Positions 25,795-37,512 of a stretch of 64,000 nt of DNA are shown here, one piece after another. The DNA lies in NCBI RefSeq assembly GCF_009914755.1, contig NC_060946.1; one strand, 5' to 3'. A model generated the notes under the pieces. It did not search any database, had not been told where the DNA came from, and saw nothing but the letters and a program-made list of their open reading frames with translations. Every line of letters begins with the position of its first letter. Position 1 is the first letter of the stretch. The DNA is from the human T2T-CHM13v2.0 reference genome, Homo sapiens. The translations under genes and the position numbers were made by a program.

Positions 25795-26450
25795 TTTATT
25801 TTTTTATTGTGGTAAAAGATACATAACCTAAAATGTACTCTGTTAACCATTTTAAGTGTACAGTTCAGTGGTACTAAATACAGTCATAACAATGTGCAGC
25901 CATCCCTACCATCCATCTCCATAACTCGTTTCATCTTGTGAAACTGAAACTCTATACCCATTAAGCAATACTTCCCAATTTCTTCCTCCCCCCAGCTTCT
26001 GGCAACCATCATTGTACTATCTCTATGATTCTGTCCACTTTAAGTACCTTATACAAATGGAATTATACTGTATTTGTCCTTCACTGACTAACTTATTTCA
26101 CTTGGCATAATATCCTCAAGTTTCATCCAAGTTGCAACATATGTCAGAATATTTCCCTCATGTTTAAGGCTGAATAATATTCCATTGTATGTATATATCA
26201 TATTTTGCTTATCCATTCATCTGTTGTTGGACACTTCAATTGCTTCTACGTTTTAGCTATTGCCAATAATGCTGCTGCAAACATGGATGTGTAAATATTT
26301 TTTCAAGACTCTGCTTTCAATTCTTTTGCTATCCTGAGATGTGGAGCTGCTGAATCATATGGCAATACCGTTTTGATGTTTTGAGGAACTACCATACTCT
26401 TTTCCACAGCAAACATAGGGTTTGGCATCCCCTCCAATATTGCAAAAGGA
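25795..26450 (-). mobile_element. L1MB (MB3-like) 3' end
   Basis: TTTTATTGTGGTAAAA..ACCATTTTAAGTGTACAGTTCAGTGG..AAACTGAAACTCTATACCCATTAA. Confidence 0.85.
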
Positions 26451-28621
26451 ATCGCCACATCCTTGCCTGTGGATTTTATTCACAAGTCCTGTGGCTCTCT
26501 CTACATCCTGGTCACCATGTGTTATTTCCTGTTTATATGTATGACATCAAAGGTGCAGGAAGTAACGAACTAAATTGGAAGGATAAACATGTAGAAAAAT
26601 AGAGGTAAATACTGACTACATAAAACCATAAGAATAAGAATTTTGGATGATCTATCTATTACATACCTATTTATCTAACATCTATCTGTTCCTCCATCTG
26701 TAATTAAAATATATTACAGTTAGAGAACAGAGGAAAAAGTAGGAATACATGAATTTAAATTTTAATTCTTCTTAGATTGTCTCACAGCATCATTATGACA
26801 GAAAATTTATAGGTCAGTATCTGTTAACTATAAATGTAACATTCTTAAAGTATTCAAATACATTGAGTTACAGCATGAATAATATATTACAATCCATTCA
26901 AGTTTATTTTATTCCAGGAACACAAAAACACAAATTTCATTTGCAATTCAAGAAAAACATAAATTGATACATATGATTGATGTATATACACGTTTAATGT
27001 ATTTTTAAATATACATTTTTTAAAAATAGAAATTTTTCTAGGACAAATACTTAAAATATCACGGAAAATAGTGTTATTAGATAATACCTTCCTAATAACT
27101 CTGGTATTACATAAGAAAACCAAATTAAAATTTCAGATAAGCTTAGAAACTAAAAATTTTAAAAATATTATTCTGTTCTCCATATGTTCATATTTAATAT
27201 TATTTCTTGTTTTCATTCTTCACTGTTGCTCTACTATAATATAACATACAATAGTTACTTTTGATTTCTGTTCTTATTACTCAAAATTGTATACATTTTT
27301 TCATGCTCTTAATTTAGTTATGCTACTTTTCTTTACTCTTGGAATTTTCACACTTGTATTCACTCTCTTTTGAGTTCCCATAGTATCAAATAAGCTTTCT
27401 TCCCTCTTTCTGATTTGAAGGTTCATCTTCTCATAATTATTTAGTCCTCTCAGTTTCTTTTCATTCTCAGTTAAGTGCCTCTCATCTGGCTTTTCATTTG
27501 TAAGGTTTCCTTTCATCTTAAGCCACTCTTTTATTTATATTTTGATTCTGTTTTGTGGAGGACATGCTTCCCTGAATTTTAAGGAAGAGGCCAAAAGGTT
27601 TGTTCGAGTTTTTACCTGATACATTGGATTAAATTATCTAATGTACACACTCTTAATTTAAGTCTAGGGGCGACTGTCTACTCTCGATTTTGTATAGTAT
27701 TATTTTTCTTAACATCCAAGTCCATCTTCATCTATTTGTATATGATCAATAAAAATATATTTGTCCAGAGCCCTGCTTTGGTGGAGTTACTTCTTTCTAA
27801 GTGGGAGAGGTAGTAGTTGAGACATGAGCTGGGTTCTGGGTCAGTTTAGAGGGCTGAGCGACATTCCTCCTTTTGGTCTGTATGACTGAATGAATGCGCT
27901 TCTTGCTGTCTCGCTCCTCTCTTTAACACAGTGAGCCATTGCAACAGATGAAAGGGAATAATCCTGATCTGCCATTGAGGTGGAACACATGTTCTCTCCA
28001 ACCACATCCATAGGTTGTACTCACACTCGGACAGAATGTATCCTGTCAATGATATGGAGATGTATCTAGCTATCTAGATAGATATCTACTTTGGTTTATG
28101 CTCTCTGGTTGCCCGTAAGTTATCTCCTTAAAGTGAATATCAAAAGAGAGCTTGGTGATGGCAGTGTTATAAAATCCTCAAAATGCAGCACCCACCCCCA
28201 CAGGAATTTGTAGATTCTGGGATTCTAATTCAGATAGCAAACTATACTAAAGGGGCATTTGTCATTGAGGGTTGCTAGGCTCTTTGTGGAGCATATTTGC
28301 TCTTTTCATGACTTTGAAATTATTTTAAAAGTCTAACTTTTTTCTCAGTGTGCTGCAACATTATTTGATTTTAATGCATAAGCACTAATTCTCCCCGAAG
28401 ATTTGTACAATATATTTGCTCTGACAAGCCATAGCCAGCAACTCACTTCACAGCAATTTATAGCATTTCCACGACAAGTTGAATTATTTTTAACTAGACT
28501 CTCTTTGCCTTAATAAAAATATGAAGAAGCAATATACTTGTTCTAGTTAGGTTCAAAAGTTGGCAGTCTCTCTCCTGGAAAGAATAATAAAACTTTTCAG
28601 CAGCCTAACATGCATCTATAG

Positions 28622-28649
28622 ACACACACACACACACACACACACACAC
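28622..28649 (+). repeat. (AC)n microsatellite
   Basis: About 14 AC units. Confidence 0.9.
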
Positions 28650-30407
28650 AAGCGCTATTCATGATATTTAAAGCACATTCTGTTCTATGACTTCATTTGT
28701 CTAGCACAAAATAAAACGATCTCAGTATATGTCAAGTACCAATTTTTTCGTATGGCCAATTATAGATATTTTATTTTTTAAAGATTAGAGTGTTCTTGAA
28801 GCTCTTTCTATTTCTTTGTCAATGAACTAAACATTGGCAAATATGTAGGGTTTCCCACATAAGAACATTATTATCATCAAAATAGAAAGCTGGTGGTAGA
28901 AATAATGATTGGGAACACAGAGTCTCTACTCAGCTTTCTACTTCTGCCATACCATAACTTTGTGATCGCACAAAATATCTCTCCATGTTGTCATCCCTAT
29001 GTATAGCTCTGTCATTTTTCAATAAGAGCTTTTTGCTTAATTATGAAGTACTAGTTACTATAACCATTATTTTGAGCTTCATGTAAATCAAGAACACATG
29101 GACTCCACTTGCAAAACATTGAAAATGTAGTTAGGGATTGGGGGCATAAAGCAACATTTAAAAATGTGTAAAGACAATGAGTAAGCAACGAAGTGTCCAA
29201 TTTTTTAGGGGAAAGTTGCATACGTCAGGAAAAGGCAGGATTAAGTAACAGAGAATTTGAATGATAACTGGCCAATTGGTGTCGTTTACAATTGCAAGTC
29301 ATACAAATGAAGTTTGCTTTTTTAAAGAGAAAAGGAGTTAGTTAGAATGGGTCAACCTATTGGGGAAGCAATGTAGTTAGAGACAATGCCCAAAACCATG
29401 TGAGCAAATGCTCTGTAGAGCGCACTCCTGCAATGCTGCCATTGTGAGGCCAAGTCTCTCCTTGTCTTGGTACTGAGCCCTCCATTCTGCCTCCATCATT
29501 GCCACTGTAGCTGCCACAAAATGATCCCTCAACCACCGCTGCCCAGGAACAAAGAAATAATTCTGTCCTTCCACACTCTCAGATCAATTTCCAACATCAG
29601 GTGAGCCTTTGATGGGCACTATTCAGTTCCCATATCCCGGAAATAGATGCAGTAAAAACATAGAAATTGCCTATGTGTTTCCCAATAAGACACATATGGA
29701 AGCCTGTTTTCCCACAACAGGAAGGGTTTTCCATGATGGGTGTTCAAAGGAACAATATTCCCTGTAAACCATACTTTGCCCATGTGAAGAAAAGCAATAA
29801 GGATTATTTAATAAATAGACATAGAAACTCATCCAGGGTTGGCTGATGAGAAGCTGGTTATCAAGGGGGTCTGCCTTCAGTTAGGACAAGGTCTGTGCTT
29901 CCCATGGGTTCTCTCCACAGCAGGAGGGATGCAAACTTCCCTTTCCTCCCCTGCACCTAACCTCAAATGGCCCAGAGGTCTTCAGGTGCTAGAATTTCTC
30001 AATTAATGCTGAACAAAATAACAGACAGCCTTGACTGTCACACTCTGTTCTCATGAAGCTAGTCTCTGCTCACTTCATAAAACAGGAGAGTAAGAACAAG
30101 GGTGTTTAACGCTACCCTAGCTCAAACAAGTTTCTCTCTGTAGGATGCCAAGAACCTGGGAACCAGTACATCTGCTGCTTTCCCTTCTCGGATTCTAGCC
30201 CAGACAAAAGAGGCAAGGGCATTTCTTCAGAGGCCTTGAGCTTCACTACAGAATGCCCCAGGCTCTACATGCACCCTCTTTATATATTTCTACCTTGAAA
30301 AAAAATTTTATATAATATTAATAATATATATTTTTATATAAGAAACACATATGTTTATTTTATAGATAGATATACATAGATAAAGATCTCTAGTCAGCCT
30401 TTTTTAA

Positions 30408-30704
30408 GGCTGGGCTGATCGCGGTGCCTCAAAACTATAATCCCAGCACTTTGGGAGGCCAAGGTGGCCAGATCTCTTGAGTCCAGGAGATGGAGATCAG
30501 CCAGGGCAACATGGTGAAACCCCATCTTTACAAAAATTAGCTAGTATGGTGTCATGCACTTGCAGTCCCTGCTACTCAGGAGACTGAGGTGGGAGAATCG
30601 CTTGAGCACAGTACGTGAAGGCTTCAGTGAGCTCTGATCACATGACTGCACTCCATCTTGGGTGACAAAGTGAGACCCTCTCTCAAAATAAAATAAAATA
30701 AAAA
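30408..30704 (+). mobile_element. AluJ
   Basis: Diverged dimeric Alu with GTGAGACCCTCTCTC and an (AAAAT)n tail. Confidence 0.85.
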
Positions 30705-31734
30705 GGCTACCACCATACTCACAGATAAGTGTGTCAGGTATATTTGCAGCTATCTTTCCTATATTCTATTTGGTTAAAAAAATTGCAAAGAACTCTTCTC
30801 ATTCTAGATTTTTGTATTAATTAGACATTTGAAGTTTATAGCAGAAGAGCTATAATCATGTTTGGTATGTGTACTCTATAGACCAGATAGTGCAAACAGA
30901 TATCAATGCTTTTTAAAAGTATATAAGGTTATTAGAAATATTTTAAACTACCTATAGGTATATATGTATCTAATTGAACTATCAAATGCAAGTAAGATCA
31001 TTTCCTTAGCATGTGAAATCCACTCAATTTATTAAAATATTTTCTAATGTCTATTACAGTAATGTTTCTTAATTAGCTAACGTAAGAGGAGTTTTAAGAC
31101 ATTTATTTATATGTACTTACTAGATTCAAACTCGATTCCACTATTTTCAGAGATCATGTTCTGAGACAAGTCCTTTTATTATCTAACTATGTTTCTGCCT
31201 ATATTAAAAGACAGATATGTCAATTTTGCTAATCATGCTGTTGCAAAACTCTCCATCCTATTTTTTGGTTTGTTCTACCAGTCATTCAGAGACTTACTTA
31301 TATTCAAATTTCTCTCTACGTTTAACATTTGTGTATGTCTTCTTGTGGTTTTGTCTATTTTTGCTGTATATAATTTAAGACATTTATTGACATATATCAT
31401 ACATGCAGAAAAGTACAATGATTAAATATGGATAGCTTCATTAATGAAACACATGTATTTGCTTATAACCATGTATGAAAATAGAACATTACTAAAAATA
31501 GAGATACTTCTCCTGCCCCTTTCCAAACACTAACCCTCATCCTCAATAGTAACAGATTTTTTTTTATCATAGAATAATTTGGTCTATTTTCAAATTTTTA
31601 TTAAATAAATCAGAGTACCTACTCTAAGTCTATGTTTCTTTCGTTGTTGTTATTTTGCTTATAGTATTTATCTGCTAATGGACATGGTAGATTAAAGATG
31701 GCTACATACACATTTTTTAATTAATAGATTTTTT

Positions 31735-32034
31735 GAGCACTTTGTGGCTTATGCCTCTAATCCCAACACTTTGGGAGGCCGAGGCGGGCAGATCACGAGG
31801 TCAGGAGATCGAGACCATCCTGGCTAACACGGTGAAACCCCGTCTCTACTAAAAATACAAAAAATTAGCCGGGCGAGGTGGCGGGCGCCTGTAGTCCCAG
31901 CTACTCGGGAGGCTGAGGCAGGAGAATGGCGTGAACCCCAGGGGGCGGAGCCTGCAGTGAGCCGAGATTGCGCCACTGCACTCCAGCCTGGGCGACAGCG
32001 AGACTCCGTCTCAAAAAAAAAAAAAAAAAAAAAA
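31735..32034 (+). mobile_element. Alu with a young AluYe-like body and a degraded 5' head
   Basis: Body has GGGCGAGGTGG, AACCCCAGGGGGCGGAGCCTGCAG and GGCGACAGCGAGAC (recalled Ye diagnostics), CpGs nearly all intact, A22 tail. The first ~35 nt are heavily mutated. Confidence 0.85.
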
Positions 32035-32183
32035 TTAGCTAATAGATAACATCAAGATAACATCTGGGTCCTTAGCTGCACTGAGTCAAGCCTACTTACA
32101 TCTTTGTCTTCTTCTGCACTTTTCCTTCCACATCACACTCCAGGAATGCCAAGCTGTGCTGGCCTTCTACCCCATTTCCACTA

Positions 32184-33427
32184 TTTTGCCCCCACCGACG
32201 CGGCTTTTTGCCGCCGTGGATTTCTGGCCCCGTCGCTGCGGGGTTTTGCGTCTTTATGACTCCGACGCCGTGACTTTTTGCCCCCGCCGCCATTGCTTTC
32301 TGCCCCCACCACCGCGGATTTCTGCCCCCGGCCTCGTGGAATTTAGCCCCTGCCGCCGCGGCTTTTTGGGGCTCTTTGCCCTCGCCGCCGCTGCTTTTTG
32401 CCCCCGAAGCCACCGCTTTTTGCCCTCGCCGCCGCGGCCTTTTGCCCCCTGCCACCGCAGCTTTCTGCCCCCGCCACCGCGACTTTTTCAGCCGCGGCTT
32501 TTTGCCACTGCCGCCGCGGCTTTTTATGGCTTTTGGCCCCCGGCGCCGCGGCTTTTTGCGGCTTTTTGCCCCCGCCGCCGCAGGTTTCTCCTGCCACGGC
32601 TTCTTGCCCCCACCGCCCAGGCTTTTTGCGGCTTTTTGCCCCCGCCGCCACGGCTCCTTGACCCCTACGCGGCTTCCTGCCCCCACCGCCGCGACTTTTT
32701 ATCACCCAATCCGCTTTTTGCCCCCGCCGCCGCAGGTTTTTGCTGCCGGGGCTTCTTGCCCCCCTCACCGCGGCTTTTTGCCCCCGCCGCCGTAGATTTT
32801 TGCCCCCGCCGTCGCGGCTTTCTGCCCCTGCCGCCGAGGGTTTTTGCTGCTTCATGTCCCCGCCGTCGTGGCTTTTTGTCGCCGCTGCTTTTTGCCCCCT
32901 CTGCCGCGGCTTTTTGCGGATTTGGCACCTGACGCCATGGCTTTTTGGGGCTTTTGGTCCCCGCCGCCGCGGCTTTTTTTTCCCCGCTGCCTCAGGTTTT
33001 TCCTGCCGCGGCTTTTGGCCCCCGCTACCGCCGCGGCTTTTTGCCGCCCCTGCTCTTTGCCCCCGCCGCCGCATCTTTTTGCCGCCGCGGCTTCTTACCC
33101 CCGCCAACGCGGCTTTTTGCCCCCACCGTCGCGGCTTATTGACCACGACGCTGCGGCTTTTTACGGCTTTTTGCCCCCGTCACCGCAGCTTTTTGCCCCC
33201 GTCGCCCCGGCTTTTTCCCCCACCGCCCCAGCTTTTTGCCCCCACCGTTGCAGCTTTTTGCGCCCGCCGCCGCGGCTTTTTGTGGTTTTTTGCCCCTGCC
33301 GCCGCGGCTTTTTGCCCCCATCACCGCGGCTTTTTGCCGACCTGGCTTTTTACTCCGGCCGCTGCAGGTTTTTACCGCTGCGGCTTTTTCACCCCGCTGT
33401 CGCAGCTTTTTGCCCCCACTGCCGCGG
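32184..33427 (-). repeat. GC-rich pericentromeric duplication-junction repeat, copy 2 (inverted relative to copy 1)
   Basis: About 1.25 kb of GCCGCCGCGGCTTTTTGCCCCC 22-mers with GCGGCTTTTT 10-mer subunits; very CpG-dense. Confidence 0.92.
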
Positions 33428-34080
33428 GTCTGAGGGCGGGATCGGCAGACTCGGCTGCCAGATCTACTGGCGTCCTGGCTAATGCAGTGCCGAGGGTCGC
33501 TCCTGGTCCAGCTCTCCCGGTTCGGGGGTTCCTTGCCTAGACACCCACGCCCCAGGCTCCGCTCCTGGGCCGCTGCAGCGTGCATAGAACGGCGCTGCGC
33601 TCGGCCCCGATGGGAGAGAGGAAGGAGGGCGGTGGCGGGGGTGACGCGGCTATCGCGGAGGGAGGCGCAGGGGTCGCAGCCAGCCGGGAGCTGCAGCAGT
33701 GCGGGCAGCTCCAGAAGCTCATCGGCATCTCCGTTGGCAGCCTGCGCGGGCTGCGCACCAAGTGCGCTGTGTCCAAGGACCTCACCCAGCAGGAGATACG
33801 GACCGTGGAGGTAACGGGGTCGGGGACCAGGGTTGGGCTCCAGCACCGGACTGGACATCTCCCTCGGGGCCCCAGTTCACTACTGGCCGAGTTGCATCCT
33901 TGAGCCCGCGTCGCTCCCTTGGACGCTTCTCCTCCCTCCTGCACTCACTGATGCAGCAGCCGGAGGACCCGGGACCAGCCCTCACCTTGGGCAGGATTTG
34001 TGGGGCGGGTGCATGTTGGGAACTTTGATGGAGGCTCGAGGGGCCCGTGGGCGGGGTGGGCTGTGCGCGGACATCCCCTT
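33428..34080 (+). promoter_or_regulatory. CpG-rich region inherited from the KSR1 5' end (5'UTR, exon 1, start of intron 1), contiguous with the GC-rich repeat
   Basis: High GC and CpG content with GGGCGG boxes around exon 1. Promoter activity is unproven. Confidence 0.5.
33580..33810 (+). pseudogene. KSR1 (paralogous fragment): KSR1 exon 1 coding part, non-processed duplicate (KSR1P-type)
   Basis: 77 codons (V)[76 protein letters not shown], collinear with recalled KSR1 [21 protein letters not shown]...TQQEIRTLE. The start ATG is now GTG. The GAG|GTAACG donor at 33811 is retained. Confidence 0.93.
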
Positions 34081-34099
34081 ATGCCCCAAATTTCCATGT

Positions 34100-34240
34100 G
34101 GTGCAGCTTTCTCATCTTGTAGGTGAGGAAACCGAAGGCCTGAGGGAGAAATGACTTGCCAGGAACCCCTGTTAAGGAAAATTAACAAAGTGTGGTTATC
34201 AAAGGAGAACTGAGTTGGGATTCAGACCTGGAGTGCCACA
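34100..34240 (-). mobile_element. MIR fragment
   Basis: CTCATCTTGTAGGTGAGGAAACCGAAGGCCTGAGGGAG..ATGACTTGCC. Confidence 0.6.
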
Positions 34241-34634
34241 CCCTTGGTTAAGACATTATACCACCTTGAGTCTGGCCTGTTGACTGAGGGTGAGCCACTC
34301 CATCCTCATCTGATTGTGGGGTCTTGACCTCAAGGGGTTTCGTGCAGGAAGAAGCAAATGGGTTTGCTTTCCTAGCTCTGTCCAGTACCTTAGGGACCCT
34401 GAGAACTGGAGAGATTCTTGGAGAGCCATCTGGTGTATGTCATGGGTGGGCCTTGTTTGAAGGTCAGTCTGCCCAGTGGTCTGGCTCAGCCCGAATGAAC
34501 TCTCTTGAATCTTTGGAGTTGTCTGTGTACTTTTAAGGGTTTCTCATCCTTGCACCAAAAGATCTCCTGGAAATTAGGTGGGAAAACCTTAACTTTTGTG
34601 GAGCCTTGTATTTGTCTTAAAAGTTCATGCACAT

Positions 34635-34900
34635 AGCCAGGTGTGGTGACTCACGCCTGTTATCCTGTCCTGGATCCCTTGAGTCAAGGAGTTTGAGACC
34701 AACCTGGACAATATAGTGAGACCCTATCTCTACAAAAAAAAAAATATTAGCCAGGAGTGGTTGTGCACATCTGTAGTCCTAGCTACTACTGTGGCTGAGG
34801 CGGGAGGAGCACTTGAGCCTGCACTGATCTGTGATCTCACCAGTGTACTCCAGCCTGGGCCACAGAGCAACACCTTGACTCAAAAAAAAAAAAAAACAAC
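34635..34900 (+). mobile_element. AluJ with internal deletions
   Basis: AGCCAGGTGTGGTGACTCACGCCTG...GTGAGACCCTATCTC...poly(A). Confidence 0.8.
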
Positions 34901-35016
34901 AAGAAAAATTCTTGAAGATTTTTCATTCTGTCCAACTATCCATTGGTTTTCATGTCAAGATAATGTCAGAAATTCTTTACAATTGCTTCCAGAAGGAGTA
35001 GCCTTTTGATCTAGTG

Positions 35017-35208
35017 CACAGGTGTCCAGTCTTTTGGTTTCTCAGGGCCACATTGGAAGAAGAATGCTATTGGGCCACACATAAAATACACTACTGCTAA
35101 CGATAGCTTATGAGCTTAAAAAAAAAAAGGTTTGTGCATAATTTTCATGATACCCACCACCACAGATAGGCAGAAAAGTCCTTGTAGTCAAAGGGTTGGA
35201 CACGGCTG
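35017..35208 (+). mobile_element. MER30-family hAT MITE with 8-bp TSD ATCTAGTG
   Basis: GGTGTCCAGTCTTTTGG..GGGCCACATTGGAAGAAGAA..GGGTTGGACAC. ATCTAGTG at 35009-35016 and 35209-35216. Confidence 0.88.
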
Positions 35209-35578
35209 ATCTAGTGTCTTGTCGTCCGTTTTGGCTTTCTCCCTGATTCCAGAATGCAGGTAGAGATGTAGAGACATGCTCTCAGGACAGCTGTTGAGAT
35301 AAAAAAAAAAAAATTCATTGTCATTTATTCCCAAGGACAGCTGTTTGTCATTTGCATTGAAAAAGTCTCCATTCAAACTGCTGTCACATATAAAATCTAT
35401 TTATATGTCTGTATTTTTCTGTTGTCTTGGCCTTTGTGGGCAGTAGTGTGTTATAACCGAGCGAACTCTCCTTCCAAATAATGAAGCCGAAGTCAGCCTA
35501 CCTGCTTGCCATTTTTCTTCCCCTTCCATTTTTCTAACCTCAGGATAATTGTAAGAATGAATTAAGATTTGTGTTTAA

Positions 35579-35730
35579 GGCCAGGCACAGTGTCTCAGGC
35601 CTGTAATCTCAGCATTTTGGGAGGCAGAGACGGATGTATCGCTTGATCTCAGGAGTTGAAGACCGGCCTGGGCAACATACTGAGACTCCGTCTTGTATAA
35701 TTAAATTAAAATTTAAAAAAGGAGAGAAAA
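35579..35730 (+). mobile_element. FLAM / Alu monomer
   Basis: Single Alu arm with an A-rich tail, flanked by a degenerate TSD ending TGTGTTTAA. Confidence 0.8.
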
Positions 35731-36592
35731 GGACCTGTGTTTAAAATTTTAAAAAAGGGGGAAAGTGTAATGCAAAATGTGGACTATGCTAGCTATGATT
35801 GGGAGAAATAATTTTTCATACAGCATTATCTGTTGACTTGTATTAGCAGCACACTGGTCGTAAGCGTTTTGCTTTCATCAAATATGAGGTAAGCTACTTT
35901 AAAGTGTGGTGGGCCTTTCTTCCGCATGGCTCCTAGAGGTGTTGAGTCCCAATTTAGCCAATTAATTTGGGTTTAGTTTTGATATGGATAAGGGAGACCG
36001 GCTTCATTCATGATGCGCACACAGTTTTGCCAGTAAGGAAAAAAAAAGCAACCTGAATGTTCCTACTCATTAGATGCTATCTGGAGAGCTTCTACCCCAA
36101 TGCCACAAAGGCCCGGGCCCTTAAAAAGACTCAATGCAGCATTTCTGCGTCTCATACTGTATTCTGCAAGATACTCCTGCGAAAGAAATTTGTGCTGCAT
36201 CAGCCATCTCCCTCATGAAGATCCCTGCAGATGACGATTTGTGTTTTAAAGGTTCTGAGAATTCCTGAAAAAACAGTTCTCAAACTTATTTGTCCAGGGG
36301 ATCTTTTCTTCCACTGAACATAGTTGGGCAGACACGGCCTTAAGCCTTGAGCAGAGAAAGAGACAAGAAACTGTTGGCTCACTTACAACCAAGTGTTGTG
36401 TTTATCTTTTAGGTTTTTATGAAACTGAGGTGCTGTTTGAGGTTCTGAATCAAATTGGGTGGTTGAAGAGAGGCTGGTATCCCTGTAGAATTAGCCAGCC
36501 ATGAGAGGTTGCCTTTTGTTGAAGGAGGTGTTTTACAAAGGGAAATAGGGTATCTCCTGGGCATCACATTAGCACTTAAATACATGTATCAC

Positions 36593-37059
36593 TGAAATGA
36601 AATGAAATGATGAAATGATGACATGAAATGAAATGAAATGATGAAACGAAATGATGAAATGAAATGAAATGATAAAATGATGAAATGAAATGAAATGATG
36701 AGATGAAGTGAAATGGTGAAATGATGAAATGAAATGCTGAAATGAAATTAAATGATGAAATGATGAGATGAAGTGAAATGGTGAAATGATGAAATGAAAT
36801 GCTGAAATGAAATGAAATGCTGAAATGAAATGAAATGATGAGATGAAATGAAATGATGAAATGGAATGATGAAATGAAATGATGAAATGATGAAATGAAA
36901 TGGTGGAATGAAATGAGGAAATGAAATGAAATGCTGAAATGAAATGATGAGGTGAAATGGTGAAATGAAATGAAATGATGAAATGAAGAAATGTTATGAA
37001 ATGATGAAATGAAATGATGAAATGAAGTGAAATGATGAAATGATGAAATAATGAAATGA
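36593..37059 (+). repeat. (GAAAT)n satellite with GAT interruptions
   Basis: About 470 bp of GAAAT pentamers mixed with GAAATGAT octamers. Confidence 0.92.
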
Positions 37060-37257
37060 GGGGTGGAGCCAAGATGGCCGAATAGGAACAGCTCCGGTCT
37101 ACAGCTCCCAGCGTGAGCGACACAGAAGACGGGTGATTTCTGCATTTCCATCAGAGGTACGGGGTTCATCTCACTAAGGGAGTGCCAAACAGTGGGTGCA
37201 AGACAGTGGGTGCAGCCCACCGTGTGGGAGCTGAAGCAGGGCAAGGCATTGCCTCAC

Positions 37258-37512
37258 TCAGGAAGCACAAGGGGTCAGGAAGTCCCCTTTCCTAGTCAAA
37301 GAAAGGGGTGACAGACGGCACCTGGAAAATCGGGTCACTCTCACCCTAATACTGCACTTTTCCAACAGGCTTGGAAAACGGCACACCAGGAGATTGTGTC
37401 CTGCACCTGTCTCGGAGGGTCTTATGCCAATGGAGTCTTGCTGATTGCTAGCATGGCACTCTGAGATCAAACTGCAAGGCGGCAGCGAGGGTGGGGTAGT
37501 GGGGCCCGCCAT
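37258..37512 (-). CDS. ORF0 (L1): L1 antisense ORF0 homologue, open 84-codon frame
   Basis: ATG at 37512 gives MAGPTTPPSLPPCSLISECHASNQQDSIGIRPSETGAGHNLLVCRF...RVRVTRFSRC..., matching recalled ORF0p MAGAPPPASLPPCSLISDCCASNQRDS. Expression is unproven. Confidence 0.6.
   Translation of the reverse strand: MAGPTTPPSLPPCSLISECHASNQQDSIGIRPSETGAGHNLLVCRFPSLLEKCSIRVRVTRFSRCRLSPLSLTRKGDFLTPCAS

Noticed and set aside
32096-33540. Many ORFs of 200-267 aa in all frames
   Set aside because: Same repeat artefact. Only the KSR1-derived frame from 33580 has real homology.
36569-37244. ISFHH-repeat ORFs of 184 and 222 aa
   Set aside because: Translation of the (ATTTC)n satellite plus the L1 5'UTR.
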